Positions 62,566 through 64,000 of a stretch of 64,000 bases of DNA are shown here, in pieces. Under the pieces are notes generated by a model, which was not told the origin of the DNA, searched no databases, and was given only the letters and a program-made list of their open reading frames with translations. Position 1 is the stretch's first letter, and each line of letters starts with the position of its first letter. The stretch comes from Leucoraja erinacea. Taxonomy: Eukaryota. The stretch lies in contig NC_073392.1 in NCBI RefSeq assembly GCF_028641065.1, positions 38,006,001 through 38,070,000 on the forward strand. The letters are read 5' to 3'. The position numbers and the translations under genes were made by a program.

Positions 62566-63597
62566 ACCTCTTCCTTTTCTCCAGAGATGCTGTCTGACCC
62601 TTTGTGTTACTCCAGTTTTTTGTGTCTATTTCCAGTTTCAACCAGCATCTGCAGTTACCTCCTACACAGCAGTACACTTTGGGGACTTGGCCTTATCAGG
62701 AATTCTGCAATAGAGCCTTTTTTTACCCTACACCCTACCTTTGTAGTCATGTGGGAGCTACCTCCCCAGCGTAAGACTGAGCCTGGGCTCCACTCCAAGT
62801 AAGCTCCCTGTCCAGCAGAAGATCCAACTCAAAAAACCCTTGTGAATCTCCTTCCAACCCCTCGTGGACCTTTCTCTGGAAATCATAAACTTTCAGGAAG
62901 GTGACTTTTGTTTATGTTGAATTTTAAGGAATTATGGAGAATGATATGAGGGGCTCTTAATCAATACAATATAGAAATATAACCTTCCATTTGTAAAGCA
63001 TCATATTTCTTTTTTTGGACACCCTTGATGAGTTGCAGTAAATTAAGAACTTTTGCAGTATCATCTTGCATATAACGCAGGAAATACCAACAACAGTGCA
63101 CAGGATGCCAACAGAAGCAGCAAGCACAAAGTGTAACTCAGCGGTTCAGGCAGCATCAGGGAAGGGAATGGACTGGTGACATTTCAGGTCGGGACTTTAC
63201 TTTATGAGATGCTGCAGTTTGATGAAGATGATGTAGTAGGCGAGAAATTAAATCACACTGGCATTGCCACTGAAATAATGTAAATATGTCCGTTTCTTCC
63301 AGGGTATATTATCTGCAAGATATTGTGTATATGTGCAACACGATTCCCCTAACTCGATTTTGTTGCGTGCAATAATCATTTGTCATTTTACGTGCATAAG
63401 CTCCCATTGTGAAAGGACATCTCGGGCAGCAATTTTCTATCAACGACCTTGCATCTCTGTCCCCTAGTTTTTAAATTTTCTACAAACGGAAATGGATCCA
63501 TCTTATTCAATGTCTAAGCTAATCAGATTTAATTTGTGATCCCCATACTTGCAAACCTCTCTATTAGAATTCTGCAGTTCTGACAATATCCTGATGT

Positions 63598-63651
63598 GTT
63601 CAGTGGATTTAAGTGACCGTTCAGAAAGAGGCTCGCTAAAGAGACAAAATG
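63598..63651 (+). repeat. Exact 54-bp intronic copy of IQSEC1 exon sequence 60741-60794
   Basis: GTTCAGTGGATTTAAGTGACCGTTCAGAAAGAGGCTCGCTAAAGAGACAAAATG is identical at both sites. Confidence 0.97.
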
Positions 63652-64000
63652 ACATAACCAGAACCTTGCCCAGTTCTGCAAGTTGGTAGTCTAGTCTTTT
63701 TAATTGTTACACCATAAGTACTTTGTTCTTAAGGTCAAGCAATACCACAAGCAGTAAAAGTAAATATCATGCAAACATTCTTAAAATCATTAACTATCTT
63801 TCACATTATCTTCAGGAATCATTCCAAGTTGACTCTAAGATTGCTCTGCCAATCTACATTGTTCAGTATGCAATTATTTATTGTGTATTTTATGTCTAGT
63901 TTGGCCTACATCAATTTGATCTTCTCTGGACTGGATTCTGTTTGCCGTCTTACACGTGCCGCTCATAATTACATGGATAACTTTCCTCTCTGACAATTTG

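Overview
Vertebrate genomic DNA from a cartilaginous fish, probably a skate or ray (inferred from the HE1/V-SINE, CR1/HER1, Rex1/Babar and Penelope repeat content). It is not prokaryotic. The window holds the 5' part of a + strand IQSEC1 (BRAG2/GEP100, Arf-GEF) gene. Three in-frame coding exons are visible: a 65-nt first coding exon missing from the ORF track (38947-39011, MWCIHCTSERTQSLLQLELDS), a 283-nt exon (48789-49071), and a 1292-nt exon with the IQ motif and the first Sec7 residues (59903-61194). The remaining exons lie beyond the window. The rest is intronic or upstream sequence dense in decayed elements: CR1 and Rex1 LINEs, Penelope-like elements, tRNA-derived SINEs, an IR/DR Tc1 element, Harbinger-like MITEs and a 1.7-kb element with a 7-bp TSD. 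There are two N gaps. The most notable observations are: (1) roughly 15-20 short Penelope-derived units carrying a minimal hammerhead ribozyme motif, some with TSDs and several as fold-back pairs; (2) a candidate 30-nt in-frame microexon or alternative first exon at 41295-41324; (3) an exact 54-bp copy of coding exon sequence 2.9 kb downstream in the intron. Repeat boundaries are approximate. Family names come from recalled consensus motifs, not database searches.
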